A stretch of 64,000 nucleotides of DNA. Source: Patescibacteria group bacterium (GTDB lineage Bacteria > Patescibacteriota > UBA1384 > XYA2-FULL-43-10 > 1-14-0-10-43-13). The DNA is taken from positions 2,196-66,195 of the forward strand of contig JBBTQI010000003.1 of NCBI GenBank assembly GCA_038078835.1, given 5' to 3'. Of the stretch, positions 47,387 to 56,590 are shown one piece after another (position 1 is the stretch's first letter; each line of letters starts with the position of its first letter). The translations under genes and the position numbers were made by a program. The notes beneath the pieces were generated by a model. The model saw nothing but the letters and a program-made list of their open reading frames with translations. It was not told the DNA's origin and did no database searches.

Positions 47387-48493
47387 CTAATTATCTATCT
47401 TCAGCGGCATCACTATATATAAATAGTCCCTATCATCATCAAAGCCGAGAACGCCCGAGGAGGAGCCGTCATTAAGTTTGAGTGAGATATTCTTGCTGGA
47501 GACGGCACCAAGAGCATCAATAAGATAACGGGCGTTAAAGGCGATTTCCATCTCTTCGCCGGAGACCTCGGCCGAGACCCTGGAGGTAGCATCGCCCGAC
47601 TGGGCCAGGGCGGAGTTAACAACCAGCTCCGTTTTTTTGGTTGTTACCCGAATGTTGTTAGCCGCATCCTTGGCAAACAACGCCGCCATCTTGATTCCAG
47701 CTAAAAACTCCTTGCTGTCGGCCACAGCCGTGACCTTAAAATCCCGAGGAATGATCTGGTTATAGGGCGGAAAAGCGCCCTCAATCAAGCGCGAGACAAG
47801 ACTGGTTTCCCCGGCTGAAAAGAAGATCTGGTTTTCGGCGGCCGAGATACTGATAACATTAACCTCCGCCTGGCTGGAGATCACCCTCACAACCTCGGCC
47901 ATTGTTTTTGTCGGAACGATCATCTTGCGCTCCGGGACCTCGGTCTCGAGAATTAATTTCTTTTCTGCCAGGCGGTACGAATCAGTGGCCGCCAAGACCA
48001 GGTCCTTGCCGGAAAAGTGGCAGTAAATTCCGGCCAGCGTCGGACGGGTTTCATCGTTGGCCGGCGCGATTATTACCTTCTTGACCGCATCAATAAAATC
48101 CGCCTTCTTTATCCGGCAAGAGAAGTCGGTCGGGATCTCGGGAATTGTGGGGAACTCATCTGCGCCAATTCCGTTAATATTTGCCTCGAAGTGAGCCGAC
48201 TTAAGGTTCAGTTTAAGATCGGTCGCTTTCATCTCGATCGAGTCATCGTTGTTATTCACGATGAAGTCAGCTAATAGGCGCGCCGGCACCGTTAGTTCGC
48301 CCTCGGTCTCAACCTTGCCGCCGACAGTCGTTTTAATTCCTATCTCCAAATCCGTCGCGGCAAGCGTTATCTGTCCCTTTTTTGCCGACAAAAGAATATT
48401 ACTAAGCACCGGCAGAGTTGTCCGTGTTCCAACTACACGTGAAACCTGGTTCAGCGCTCGGGTAAAATTAACTTGTTTGATTGTTGCTTTCAT
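47387..48493 (-). CDS. dnaN: DNA polymerase III beta clamp
   Basis: LPVLSNILL, ATDLEIGI, ATDSYRLA, SRLIEGAFPPY, IAFNARYLID, VMPLK. Confidence 0.96.
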   Translation of the reverse strand: MKATIKQVNFTRALNQVSRVVGTRTTLPVLSNILLSAKKGQITLAATDLEIGIKTTVGGKVETEGELTVPARLLADFIVNNNDDSIEMKATDLKLNLKSAHFEANINGIGADEFPTIPEIPTDFSCRIKKADFIDAVKKVIIAPANDETRPTLAGIYCHFSGKDLVLAATDSYRLAEKKLILETEVPERKMIVPTKTMAEVVRVISSQAEVNVISISAAENQIFFSAGETSLVSRLIEGAFPPYNQIIPRDFKVTAVADSKEFLAGIKMAALFAKDAANNIRVTTKKTELVVNSALAQSGDATSRVSAEVSGEEMEIAFNARYLIDALGAVSSKNISLKLNDGSSSGVLGFDDDRDYLYIVMPLKIDN

Positions 48494-48499
48494 CACAAT

Positions 48500-48793
48500 A
48501 CCTTTCGCTAATATTTTCCTGTGGATAACTCCCTGATTTATCCGCAACCCTGTGGATAACTTATGAAAAACTCGTCGCCTGTAAGGGCGCCGGTTTAAGC
48601 CGGTATATTCTTATCCCCGACACCGGGTATTAATCCACATCTTTTCCCCCACCTTTGTCCAGAACTTATCCCCAACCTCCTCCTTTGTTTTTGATATTTG
48701 ATATCTGATATTTGATATTTATCCACTTATCCACAAGCCTTACTATTACTACTATTAAGTATTTATTATCTTTTCAATAAAACAGGGGATAAG
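48500..48793. other. Replication origin oriC (dnaA-dnaN intergenic)
   Basis: DnaA boxes TGTGGATAA 48520 and 48551, TTATCCGCA 48538, TTATCCACA 48727, followed by AGCC-TTACTATTACTACTATT (DnaA-trio tract) and AT-rich DNA. Confidence 0.88.
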
Positions 48794-50182
48794 TTAACGA
48801 AGAAAAGTGTAAATTCTCTCTTTAATCATCAATATATCATCTTTGACTCGATCGTTTTTATTTAACTCGGATTCAATCTTGCGATAACCGTGAATGACTG
48901 TCGAGTGATCTTTCCCGCCCATAATACGGCCGATATCGGGAAAGGACAACCCGCCCTCGCTTTTGAGTAAAAACATTGCTATCTGCCGCGGCAAAACCAA
49001 CTCTTTTGTTCGGCGTTTTCCCAGGATATCATCTATCGGAACCTTGAAGTGGCGATGAATCTCCCGCATAATGAGATCGGGAGTGATTGTTTGGCGCCGC
49101 TCTTTAATCATCTCCCCCAGAATTTCATTGACGCAATCGGTATCAATCGGGACATTTTTAAGCTCGCATGTCGCGATAATCTTGGTTAGGACCCCTTCAA
49201 GCTCACGAATGGAGGAGTGGATATTTTCGGCGATAAAACGGATTACCTCGGGTTCGATGTGGACTCCGTGCTTGCGCGCCTTATGACGCAGGATAGCCTC
49301 TCGTGTTTCCAGGTCGGGCTGGCTGATGTCGGTCACCATTCCCCCCTCGAAGCGTGTTTGGAGCCTGATTTCAAGTCCTCTGATGGATTTGGGGTGGGTA
49401 TCGGCGGTTAAAACCACCTGTTTTTTGTTTTGGTGTAGGTGATTAAAGGTGTGAAAGAATTCATCCTGAGTGCTTTCTTTGCGGGAGAGGAACTGAATAT
49501 CGTCGATCAGAAGAAGGTCGACATTGCGGTACCGGTCTTTAAAGTCCTTTGCCCGGCCGTGCCCCGCCTCAACGGCGGTGATAAAATCATTAATGAAGGT
49601 TTCGCTTGAGATATACAAAACCTGTTTGCCGGGACTCTTCTCTAAGAAAGCGTGGCCGATTGCCTGAATAAGATGAGTTTTGCCTAATCCCGAGTTGCCG
49701 TAAATAAAGAGCGGATTGTACTGACTGCCGGGACGGCTGGCGACGGCAAGGGCGGCGGCGTGAGCAAGTTGATTTGAGGGACCGACAATAAAATCATTAA
49801 ATTTATAATCCTCGTTCAAATTGTTGCCGATGAGCGACTTTTGCCGGTTGGCATTGACGCGAGCCGGCTCAGAGTTATCCACAGGGCTGTGGATAACTCT
49901 GGATTTTTGAAGGATATTTTTAAACTCCGGCGGGGGTGAGGCGATCTTGAACTTGATGCCGACGACTGTTTCTGTCACCTGCTTTTGCAGGGCGTTTTGT
50001 ATCTCTTTTAAATACTTACGTTTCAGCCAGTTTTCAAAGAAGATATTCGGCGCCCCGATTGTAAAATAACCCTTTTTAAAATCAGCTAAAAAGGCGCCCC
50101 GAAACCAGGTTTGATAGTTGGCTGTTGAGAGCGAAACCTCTAACTCATTCAGAACATTGCGCCAAATTTGGACTAAATCCAT
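48794..50182 (-). CDS. dnaA: Chromosomal replication initiator DnaA
   Basis: YNPLFIYGNSGLGKTHL, LLIDDIQF, QDEFFHTFN, IRELEG, RQIAMFL, GGKDHSTVIH. Confidence 0.97.
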   Translation of the reverse strand: MDLVQIWRNVLNELEVSLSTANYQTWFRGAFLADFKKGYFTIGAPNIFFENWLKRKYLKEIQNALQKQVTETVVGIKFKIASPPPEFKNILQKSRVIHSPVDNSEPARVNANRQKSLIGNNLNEDYKFNDFIVGPSNQLAHAAALAVASRPGSQYNPLFIYGNSGLGKTHLIQAIGHAFLEKSPGKQVLYISSETFINDFITAVEAGHGRAKDFKDRYRNVDLLLIDDIQFLSRKESTQDEFFHTFNHLHQNKKQVVLTADTHPKSIRGLEIRLQTRFEGGMVTDISQPDLETREAILRHKARKHGVHIEPEVIRFIAENIHSSIRELEGVLTKIIATCELKNVPIDTDCVNEILGEMIKERRQTITPDLIMREIHRHFKVPIDDILGKRRTKELVLPRQIAMFLLKSEGGLSFPDIGRIMGGKDHSTVIHGYRKIESELNKNDRVKDDILMIKERIYTFLR

Positions 50183-50216
50183 AGCTGGAAAATCCCTTAA
50201 AAAAATAGACAACTCA

Positions 50217-50247
50217 AATATAGCAAGTTATCCACAGGGTACGTCAA
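50217..50247 (-). promoter_or_regulatory. Probable dnaA promoter with a DnaA box in the spacer (autorepression)
   Basis: TTGACG and TG-c-TATATT on minus strand; TTATCCACA 50228-50236 between them. Confidence 0.55.
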
Positions 50248-50290
50248 TAGAGCGTTGGGCAAGGCATCCATCGTCGCTAAAGTGACTTCT

Positions 50291-50383
50291 CCTACAAAAT
50301 TACAAATTTTACAAATACTATGGTGAACAGGTTCGAATCAATTTGTAATATTTGTAGTTTCGAAAGATTTGTAATTTTGTAGG
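50291..50383. repeat. CCTACAAAATTACAAAT...ATTTGTAATTTTGTAGG palindromic element
   Basis: Same family as the outer element at 15733-15999. Confidence 0.7.
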
Positions 50384-50439
50384 ATATTTAGGTGTATTGT
50401 GTTGACTTTAGTTTTAAGATAAGCTAAACTATCTCTGTT

Positions 50440-50574
50440 ATGAAGAGAACATTTCAACCAAACAGACAGCGCCGGGCCAAGAAACACGGCTTTTTAAAAC
50501 GTATGGCCACTCTTAGCGGTCGTCTTGTTATTAAGCGTCGCCGCAACAAGGGCAGATCAAAATTGACAGCATAA
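50440..50574 (+). CDS. rpmH: 50S ribosomal protein L34
   Basis: Manual translation [44 protein letters not shown] (below ORF-track cutoff). Confidence 0.97.
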   Translation: MKRTFQPNRQRRAKKHGFLKRMATLSGRLVIKRRRNKGRSKLTA

Positions 50575-50656
50575 ATGTAAGTGTGAAGGTACTAAGCGTG
50601 AAAGGGGAATGAAAGCGCTGACTTAATATCTCACACTTTCATCTGCTATCTTTGCG

Positions 50657-50677
50657 GCGAGCTTCGGCTCGCTTTTT
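50657..50677 (+). terminator. Intrinsic terminator after rpmH
   Basis: GCGAGC-TTCG-GCTCGC-TTTTT. Confidence 0.7.
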
Positions 50678-50742
50678 GATTGGCGTGTTGGTCGAACTTG
50701 TGTTATGATTAGAAAAGGCCGACTTCGGCCTGTTTTCAAGCA

Positions 50743-51090
50743 ATGCTCAAATCAGAGAACCGCCTTAAAAAAGACACGGAGTTTCGTCGGATTTTTCGTT
50801 CAGTCCGCCCCGTCTGCACGACCAATCTTGCCGTGCGGGTCCAGGAGTCACGCACCAATGTGACAAGGTTTGGTTTTGTTATTGGTATAAAAGTTGAAAA
50901 GCTTGCCGTCAGGCGCAATGCTCTGCGGCGGCTTTTCCACCGGGCGGCCAGGGAATTTTTGCCGCTGATTAAAACCTCCCTTAATATCGTTGTCGTGGTC
51001 AAGCAACCCTTTCCCTATCCCTATGGTCCGAATGAAATCAAGCGGCAGTTGGAGGAAGGGCTGAGAAAAGCCGGGGTACTGAAACAATGA
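50743..51090 (+). CDS. rnpA: RNase P protein
   Basis: NRLKKDTEF, RFGFVI..KV.K.AVRRNALRR; conserved synteny. Confidence 0.92.
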   Translation: MLKSENRLKKDTEFRRIFRSVRPVCTTNLAVRVQESRTNVTRFGFVIGIKVEKLAVRRNALRRLFHRAAREFLPLIKTSLNIVVVVKQPFPYPYGPNEIKRQLEEGLRKAGVLKQ

Positions 51091-51317
51091 AACAGTTGAT
51101 GCTAAAACTTATTAACCTATATCAACAAACTTTATCCCGCGACCGGGGCTGGAATTTAATTCGATACCCCGGCGGATATTGTAAATATATCCCTCACTGT
51201 TCAGAGTATTGCAAGAGATCGATCGATAAGCGCGGCCTGATTTATGGCGGGATTGCCTCAATCTGGCGGGTGCTGCGCTGCAATCCCTGGAGCGAGGGAG
51301 GGATTGATTTACCATAA
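51087..51317 (+). CDS. yidD: Membrane protein insertion efficiency factor
   Basis: CKYIPHCSEY, RVLRCNPWSEGGID. Confidence 0.93.
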   Translation: MKQLMLKLINLYQQTLSRDRGWNLIRYPGGYCKYIPHCSEYCKRSIDKRGLIYGGIASIWRVLRCNPWSEGGIDLP

Positions 51318-51382
51318 ATATTTAGCAATTTAGTATGTTAGCTAATTAGCTGTCTTGCTAACCTGCTAGCAAGCTATTAAAA

Positions 51383-52285
51383 ATGATGGACATTATCAAA
51401 ACAATTTTATATCAGCCCCTGTACAACCTCCTGATCTTTTTGGCGTGGGTGCTTCCCGGCCATTCGTTGGGTTGGGCGATTATCGCTTTAACGATTATTG
51501 TACGCGTCCTGCTTTTGCCCAGCTCGATTAAGGCGGCCAAAGCTCAGGCCAGAATTCAACTGCTTCAGCCCAAGATTATGGAGATCCGCAAAAAGTACAA
51601 GGATCACACCGAGCAGAGCCGGGCGCTTTTTGATCTCTACCGCCAGGAGGGCGTCTCTCAGTTTGGCTCCTGCTTGCCGCTCTTGATTCAGTTTCCGATT
51701 CTGATTGTTTTATACCAGGTTTTTCGTGTCAGTCTCGATACCTCCCAATACTCCCTGCTCTATCCCTTTACACCCCATCCGGCGGCGATTAACACAACTT
51801 TTTCGGGTATCGATCTGGCCGTGCCCGACCCCTGGGTTTTACCAATAGCGGCCGGTTTGAGCCAGTTCCTGTTGTCACGCCTGATGACGCCAAAGCCGAT
51901 TGCTTCCACGGACGGCAAAGAGGATCCCTCTATGCTGATGATGCGGCAAATGAACTACATCTTTCCTTTGGTCACGGTTTTTATCGGCCGAACCTTTCCA
52001 GCGGCGCTGGCGCTATATTGGGTCGCCTCAACCCTCTTTGGCGTTATCCAGCAGATTTATGTTAATAAAAACATCAAAGATCAAAATACCCCTTCTTTCT
52101 CTTCCCCTAAGATAGTGGGAGATGGCGGGGGTATGAAGGGGGAAGGTTTAGTTAAGGAAGAGCCGTCGATTTCCCGGGCCGATAAACCAAAGAAGGATTT
52201 AATGTCCAAGATGGTCCAGCGGCGCCTGGCGAAACAGGAGAAGAAAAGCGGTGTTAGCGTGACCGTAAGGAGCAAAAAGAGATGA
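51383..52285 (+). CDS. yidC: Membrane protein insertase YidC
   Basis: GWAIIALTIIVRVLLLP, LQPKI.EI.KKY, CLPLLIQFP, ALALYW. Confidence 0.93.
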   Translation: MMDIIKTILYQPLYNLLIFLAWVLPGHSLGWAIIALTIIVRVLLLPSSIKAAKAQARIQLLQPKIMEIRKKYKDHTEQSRALFDLYRQEGVSQFGSCLPLLIQFPILIVLYQVFRVSLDTSQYSLLYPFTPHPAAINTTFSGIDLAVPDPWVLPIAAGLSQFLLSRLMTPKPIASTDGKEDPSMLMMRQMNYIFPLVTVFIGRTFPAALALYWVASTLFGVIQQIYVNKNIKDQNTPSFSSPKIVGDGGGMKGEGLVKEEPSISRADKPKKDLMSKMVQRRLAKQEKKSGVSVTVRSKKR

Positions 52286-52734
52286 ACGAGGCATTAGAGA
52301 TTAAAAAGAAGATAGAGATGCTGGTTAGCCGGCTGGGTTTTGGCGGCGAGGCGATCGTGAAACAGCGCGATCAGGCCTTTCTGGTTCATCTGGCGGTTGA
52401 CACCCCGGCCATCCTGATCGGCCGGGACGGCGAGGGCCTGTATGCTCTCCAACACCTTCTGCGCCTCCTCTGTTTACGGCCGCAGGCAGAGGGAAGCCGG
52501 CCGATAATTCTGGATATCAACGGTTATCGGGAAAAAAAGGAGGATTTTATCACTCAATCGGTAAAGGCGGCGATCGCGGCGGCGGAAGCGACCGGGCAGG
52601 AGCAAATCCTGCCGCCGATGAATTCCTTTGAACGTCGCCTCATTCATGTTTTAGTTGCTAAGCACCCCGGTTTTACGAGTGAAAGTACAGGGGAGGGTCC
52701 GGAGAGGCAAGTGGTGATTAAACCAGCTGGGTAA
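52282..52734 (+). CDS. jag: Jag/EloR KH-R3H RNA-binding protein
   Basis: LIGRDGEGLYALQHL, LDINGYR, PMNSFERRLIH, SESTGEGPER. Confidence 0.88.
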   Translation: MNEALEIKKKIEMLVSRLGFGGEAIVKQRDQAFLVHLAVDTPAILIGRDGEGLYALQHLLRLLCLRPQAEGSRPIILDINGYREKKEDFITQSVKAAIAAAEATGQEQILPPMNSFERRLIHVLVAKHPGFTSESTGEGPERQVVIKPAG

Positions 52735-52782
52735 GGCCAACCTTGTGATTCCCGTCAATTTCGGGTTTAATAATAGGGAAAC

Positions 52783-52872
52783 GGAAGTGTGGCAGAGCGG
52801 TTGAATGCGCCGGTTTCGAAAACCGGTAGCCGAGCAATCGGCTCAGAGGTTCGAATCCTCTCGCTTCCGCCA
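52783..52872 (+). tRNA. tRNA-Ser(CGA)
   Basis: Acceptor GGAAGTG/CGCTTCC, anticodon arm CCGGT-TTCGAAA-ACCGG, long variable arm, GGTTCGAATCC, encoded CCA. Confidence 0.95.
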
Positions 52873-52914
52873 TAATCCCATACGTCTCATAGGACATATA
52901 AGTCGTATAGGATT

Positions 52915-54564
52915 ATGCCTGATATTTCCGGCACAATTTACCACCTAAACCGCGAGCAGGAGGAGCGCCATACGCAGGAAATGGCGGCTAAGTTGAATTT
53001 GCCCTATATTAATCTGGTCGGCTATCCCCTGACGAAGGATGTGCTTGATCTGGTCACCGAGGAGATCGCGATTAAGCATCAGATTATTCCTTATCTCAAA
53101 GTCGGCAAGACGGTCAAGGTCGGTCTCGTCCGCCCCGGCGACAAGACAACATCTGACTTTCTGGGACAACACCTAAAGCGACTCGGGGTTGATTTTGCGA
53201 TCTCGGTTATCTCCCAATCCAGTTTTCTCTACGGTATATACTTTTATGACAAGTTAAAGAAGGAATCGGGACTCAAGGCGGAAACGGCCAAGAGAGAGCA
53301 GGAGGAGTCGTTTTCGACCGAAATCAAGGATATCCAAAGCGCCGGCGCGGCGGCAAAAAAGGTGAGCGTGACGCGCCTGCTTGACGTGGTGGTGATGGGT
53401 GCGATCAAGACCAAGGCCTCCGATATTCACCTTGAGCCGGGCGAGAAGGATTTTCTGATCCGCTACCGCGTTGACGGCGTCCTGCAGGATGTCGTGCGTT
53501 TGTCTCTGTCTCAGTTCCACCAGTTGATCTCCCGCATCAAATATCTGGCCCAGCTGCGGATGGATCTCGCCAATCAGCCGCAGGACGGCCGTTTCTCGGT
53601 TAAGGGTTTGGGCGGGGAGAATATCGATTTGCGTATCTCGATTATGCCGACATCCTTCGGCGAGGCGGTGGTGATCCGACTGCTCGGCCAGGAGAAGTCG
53701 ATATTGGAGCTGGACAAGCTCGGTTTCCACCCGGAGGCGCTCTTGGCGATCCGCCAAGCGATCGGCAAGCCCCACGGTATGATTCTCACCTCCGGCCCGA
53801 CCGGTTCGGGTAAATCCTCTACCCTCTATGCCGTTTTGATGGAGTTGAAAAAGCCCGGGGTGAAGATTATCACGCTTGAGGATCCGGTGGAGTATCGGAT
53901 TGAGGGTATCGAGCAAAGCCAGGTCAAACCTGGGGCGGGGTATGAGTTCTCCCAGGGTCTTCGGGCCTCCCTGCGCCAGGATCCGGACATTTTAATGGTC
54001 GGCGAGATCCGTGATGCCGATACCGCCGAAATCGCCATCCAGGCGGCTCTCACCGGCCACCTGCTCATCTCCACTATTCACGCCAACTCCGCTCCGGCCG
54101 TCTTTGCCCGCTTTATCGAGATGGGTGTCAAGCCCTTCCTTCTCTCGGGTTCGATTAACTTGGTGATGGCTCAACGTCTGGTGCGCAAAACCTGTCCTTA
54201 TTGCCGGGAGCAATTTGCCCCCCGGCCGGAGATTTGGCAGGAGATCAAAAACTCTCTTTTGCCAATCAAAGCGCGGCTCGACCAAAAGACCCAGCAGATT
54301 CTAGATAACCCCAAACCGGTCCTTATCCGCGGCCGGGGCTGTGCCCGCTGCAACAACACCGGTTTCCTGGGACGGCAGGTGGTGGTGGAGGTGCTGGTGC
54401 CGGACGAGACGATCGAAGCTCTGATTGCCAAGAGTGCTTCAATCTCGGAATTTGACAAGGCCGCCAGGGGACAGGGTATGATAAGTATGGAACAAGACGG
54501 TTTAATCAAGGTTCTCTCCGGCTCAACGACGGTTGAGGAGGTGTGGAGAGTAACCAAAGATTAG
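52915..54564 (+). CDS. pilB: GspE/PilB pilus assembly ATPase
   Basis: ASDIHLEP, PQDGRF, SGPTGSGKS, ITLEDPVEY, LRQDPDILMVGEIRD, CPYC/CARC. Confidence 0.9.
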   Translation: MPDISGTIYHLNREQEERHTQEMAAKLNLPYINLVGYPLTKDVLDLVTEEIAIKHQIIPYLKVGKTVKVGLVRPGDKTTSDFLGQHLKRLGVDFAISVISQSSFLYGIYFYDKLKKESGLKAETAKREQEESFSTEIKDIQSAGAAAKKVSVTRLLDVVVMGAIKTKASDIHLEPGEKDFLIRYRVDGVLQDVVRLSLSQFHQLISRIKYLAQLRMDLANQPQDGRFSVKGLGGENIDLRISIMPTSFGEAVVIRLLGQEKSILELDKLGFHPEALLAIRQAIGKPHGMILTSGPTGSGKSSTLYAVLMELKKPGVKIITLEDPVEYRIEGIEQSQVKPGAGYEFSQGLRASLRQDPDILMVGEIRDADTAEIAIQAALTGHLLISTIHANSAPAVFARFIEMGVKPFLLSGSINLVMAQRLVRKTCPYCREQFAPRPEIWQEIKNSLLPIKARLDQKTQQILDNPKPVLIRGRGCARCNNTGFLGRQVVVEVLVPDETIEALIAKSASISEFDKAARGQGMISMEQDGLIKVLSGSTTVEEVWRVTKD

Positions 54565-54570
54565 ACCAAA

Positions 54571-54791
54571 AAATCCCAAATTACAAGCACCAAATAACAA
54601 ATAATTTCCAAATCACAAACCTCAAGTAATAAATAAATTCCAGATTTCAATTACTAACTACAAAAGCGTTGAAATTGAAATTAGAGATTGGAACTTGGAG
54701 CTTATCTGAGATTTGTTGTTTGATATTTGTAATTTACTTGTGGTTTGGTGCTTGTTGTTTGAATTTTCTCCGCCAAGGGCGGAGAGGAGGG
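54571..54791 (+). mobile_element. ~220-bp palindromic MITE-like element, copy 2
   Basis: Colinear with 36017-36232, including terminal CTCCGC..GGCGGAGAGGAGG. Confidence 0.7.
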
Positions 54792-54794
54792 ATT

Positions 54795-55619
54795 ATGACA
54801 AGGAGGGGACGGAGGAGAAAATTTTCACCCCGGAGATGGCTTATGCTGGGCATTTTTTCGATTCTGGCGGTAGTTTTTGCCGCGAACTTAAATTTGATCT
54901 CCGCTGATACTAGGGCGGCTGATCCGCTCAAAGGGTCCAAGCTGGAGACTGATGTTGACAGTCCGTACGGCGACCGAGTTGTGGCCGAGTTTCCCAATAA
55001 TCGCGACTGCATCTTTTTTAGCGTCAATGCAATTAAAAAGGATGGCGGCGCCTTAACCGGAGAGAAGATGAGAATAGATCTTTTTAACGGCGCTCATCTG
55101 CGGGACGCCTCTTCGCGAGCCGAGATTGATGCCGGCAATCAGAGCACGGGCGGCGGCCAAACCAGATACTGTCTGACCTCCTCGGAGGCAAGGAAGGGAA
55201 CGGTGACGGTGAAGCTGGCGAACTATCCGAGAACCAAGAAAAAATTCAAAGTTAGTTTTAAACCTGTCGGCAAAGTTGCCAACACTACCGACACTGGCAC
55301 CTTCTTTGGCGACCAGGCGGTCACCTTTGCCGCCGAGATCGCGCCTTGGATGACTAATAATATTAAAGAGGCGAAACTGGTTTACTCCTACCGCCGCCGC
55401 TACAACTCCTGGGGGAGATGGAAGAATCGGGCTGAGACCGAGGAGAAGGCGCTCACCTGCATTGACAGCCGCTGCGAGGCGACGATCGGCGGCTATAAAG
55501 ACGGCCCGACCTCTCTCAACCGCGTTAGCAAGGGCCGCTTTACTTATACTTTTCAATTTACCGACGAGAACGGCAAAAGTTTCAAAAAGTCATTTAGAGG
55601 CAAACTAAAATCACCCTAA
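54795..55619 (+). CDS. Membrane-anchored beta-rich (Ig-like) protein, paralog of 60669-62039
   Basis: Arg-rich leader plus TM; GQTRYCLTS...VKLANY.R....KVSF; ATG 54795 after AGGAGG. Confidence 0.65.
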   Translation: MTRRGRRRKFSPRRWLMLGIFSILAVVFAANLNLISADTRAADPLKGSKLETDVDSPYGDRVVAEFPNNRDCIFFSVNAIKKDGGALTGEKMRIDLFNGAHLRDASSRAEIDAGNQSTGGGQTRYCLTSSEARKGTVTVKLANYPRTKKKFKVSFKPVGKVANTTDTGTFFGDQAVTFAAEIAPWMTNNIKEAKLVYSYRRRYNSWGRWKNRAETEEKALTCIDSRCEATIGGYKDGPTSLNRVSKGRFTYTFQFTDENGKSFKKSFRGKLKSP

Positions 55620-55627
55620 TGCTTACA

Positions 55628-55675
55628 TAATCCACCTGGAAGGTGAATGCGCCCAAACACCTTCCAGGTGGATTA
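55628..55675. repeat. CCACCTGGAAGGTG-N12-CACCTTCCAGGTGG palindrome, copy 1
   Basis: 18-bp arms, 12-nt spacer. Confidence 0.85.
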
Positions 55676-55691
55676 CTCGCTCGAACTATAA

Positions 55692-55722
55692 CAAAAACCG
55701 CTTCGATCGCGAGCGGTTTTTG
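55692..55722. terminator. Bidirectional terminator between convergent genes
   Basis: CAAAAACCGCT...AGCGGTTTTTG. Confidence 0.7.
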
Positions 55723-55738
55723 CTGTTATCACTAAGAT

Positions 55739-56056
55739 TTAATTAACGGCAGTATTGGCAGTGCCGGCAACGGCGTTGACGATGACGTAAGCCAGAACGA
55801 TGATGATGATGCCGATAATGGCGTTAACCACGCCCTGCTGGCCCTTCTTGGCGGCATCGGGGTTGCCGGCGGCGGTCAAGTAGAGAATGCCGGAGTAGAT
55901 CAGGTAGATAACGGCGATGGCGCCGGCAATCGGCAGAACCACGCTTGTAATAGCGCCGCTGATTAATGGAACAACTCCCTCCTCTCCGCCCTTGGCGGTG
56001 TCCAGGGTTATGTCACTCAAACCCTCATCAGCAAGGGCTCTTTGAACCAAATTCAT
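55739..56056 (-). CDS. TrbC/VirB2-like pilin
   Basis: AVIYLIYSGILYLTAAGNPDAAKKGQQGVVNAIIG; RBS GGAGGAG. Confidence 0.8.
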   Translation of the reverse strand: MNLVQRALADEGLSDITLDTAKGGEEGVVPLISGAITSVVLPIAGAIAVIYLIYSGILYLTAAGNPDAAKKGQQGVVNAIIGIIIIVLAYVIVNAVAGTANTAVN

Positions 56057-56189
56057 CTCTCCTCCTTTTATTAGGTCTAAATGAAAAATATTGTGCCTGC
56101 GATCGACCCTCGCTCTATGCACACCGCAGGACATGCTTAATAGCTAACTTGCTTTCTAAATCCTACCACACCCCTCAAATCTTTTGCAA

Positions 56190-56513
56190 CTATAATTTTA
56201 ACAAAGTGCCGCGGACGGCCCGGACAATGGCGTAGGACAAAACGATGACGGCGATGCCGATGATGGCATTAACCACTCCTTGCTGGCCCTTTTTGGCGTT
56301 ATCGGGATTGCCGGCGGCGGTGATGTAGAGAATGCCGGAGTAGATGAGGTAGAGCACAGCCAGAGCGCTGGCGATCATTAAGAGAATGTTGACGATGCCG
56401 GTGATGAGGCCGGCAATATTGTCGGTGCCGGTGGCAAAGGCGGTGCCGCCGGAGAGATCGCTGACGGCGTCGCCGGCCGAGGTGGCGGCGCGGCTTGATT
56501 CAATTATCTTCAT
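56190..56513 (-). CDS. TrbC/VirB2-like pilin
   Basis: AVLYLIYSGILYITAAGNPDNAKKGQQGVVNAIIG. Confidence 0.8.
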   Translation of the reverse strand: MKIIESSRAATSAGDAVSDLSGGTAFATGTDNIAGLITGIVNILLMIASALAVLYLIYSGILYITAAGNPDNAKKGQQGVVNAIIGIAVIVLSYAIVRAVRGTLLKL

Positions 56514-56536
56514 TTATCCTCCATGATAACTCACCG

Positions 56537-56586
56537 CCAACCCACCTGGAAGGTGTTTGGCCACACTCACCTTCCAGGTGGGTTGG
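56537..56586. repeat. CCACCTGGAAGGTG palindrome, copy 2 (spacer inverted)
   Basis: 19-bp arms, 12-nt spacer TTTGGCCACACT. Confidence 0.85.
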
Positions 56587-56590
56587 AATA

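Noticed and set aside
52783-52872. tRNA as an integration site
   Set aside because: No duplicate of its 3' end noticed in the window.
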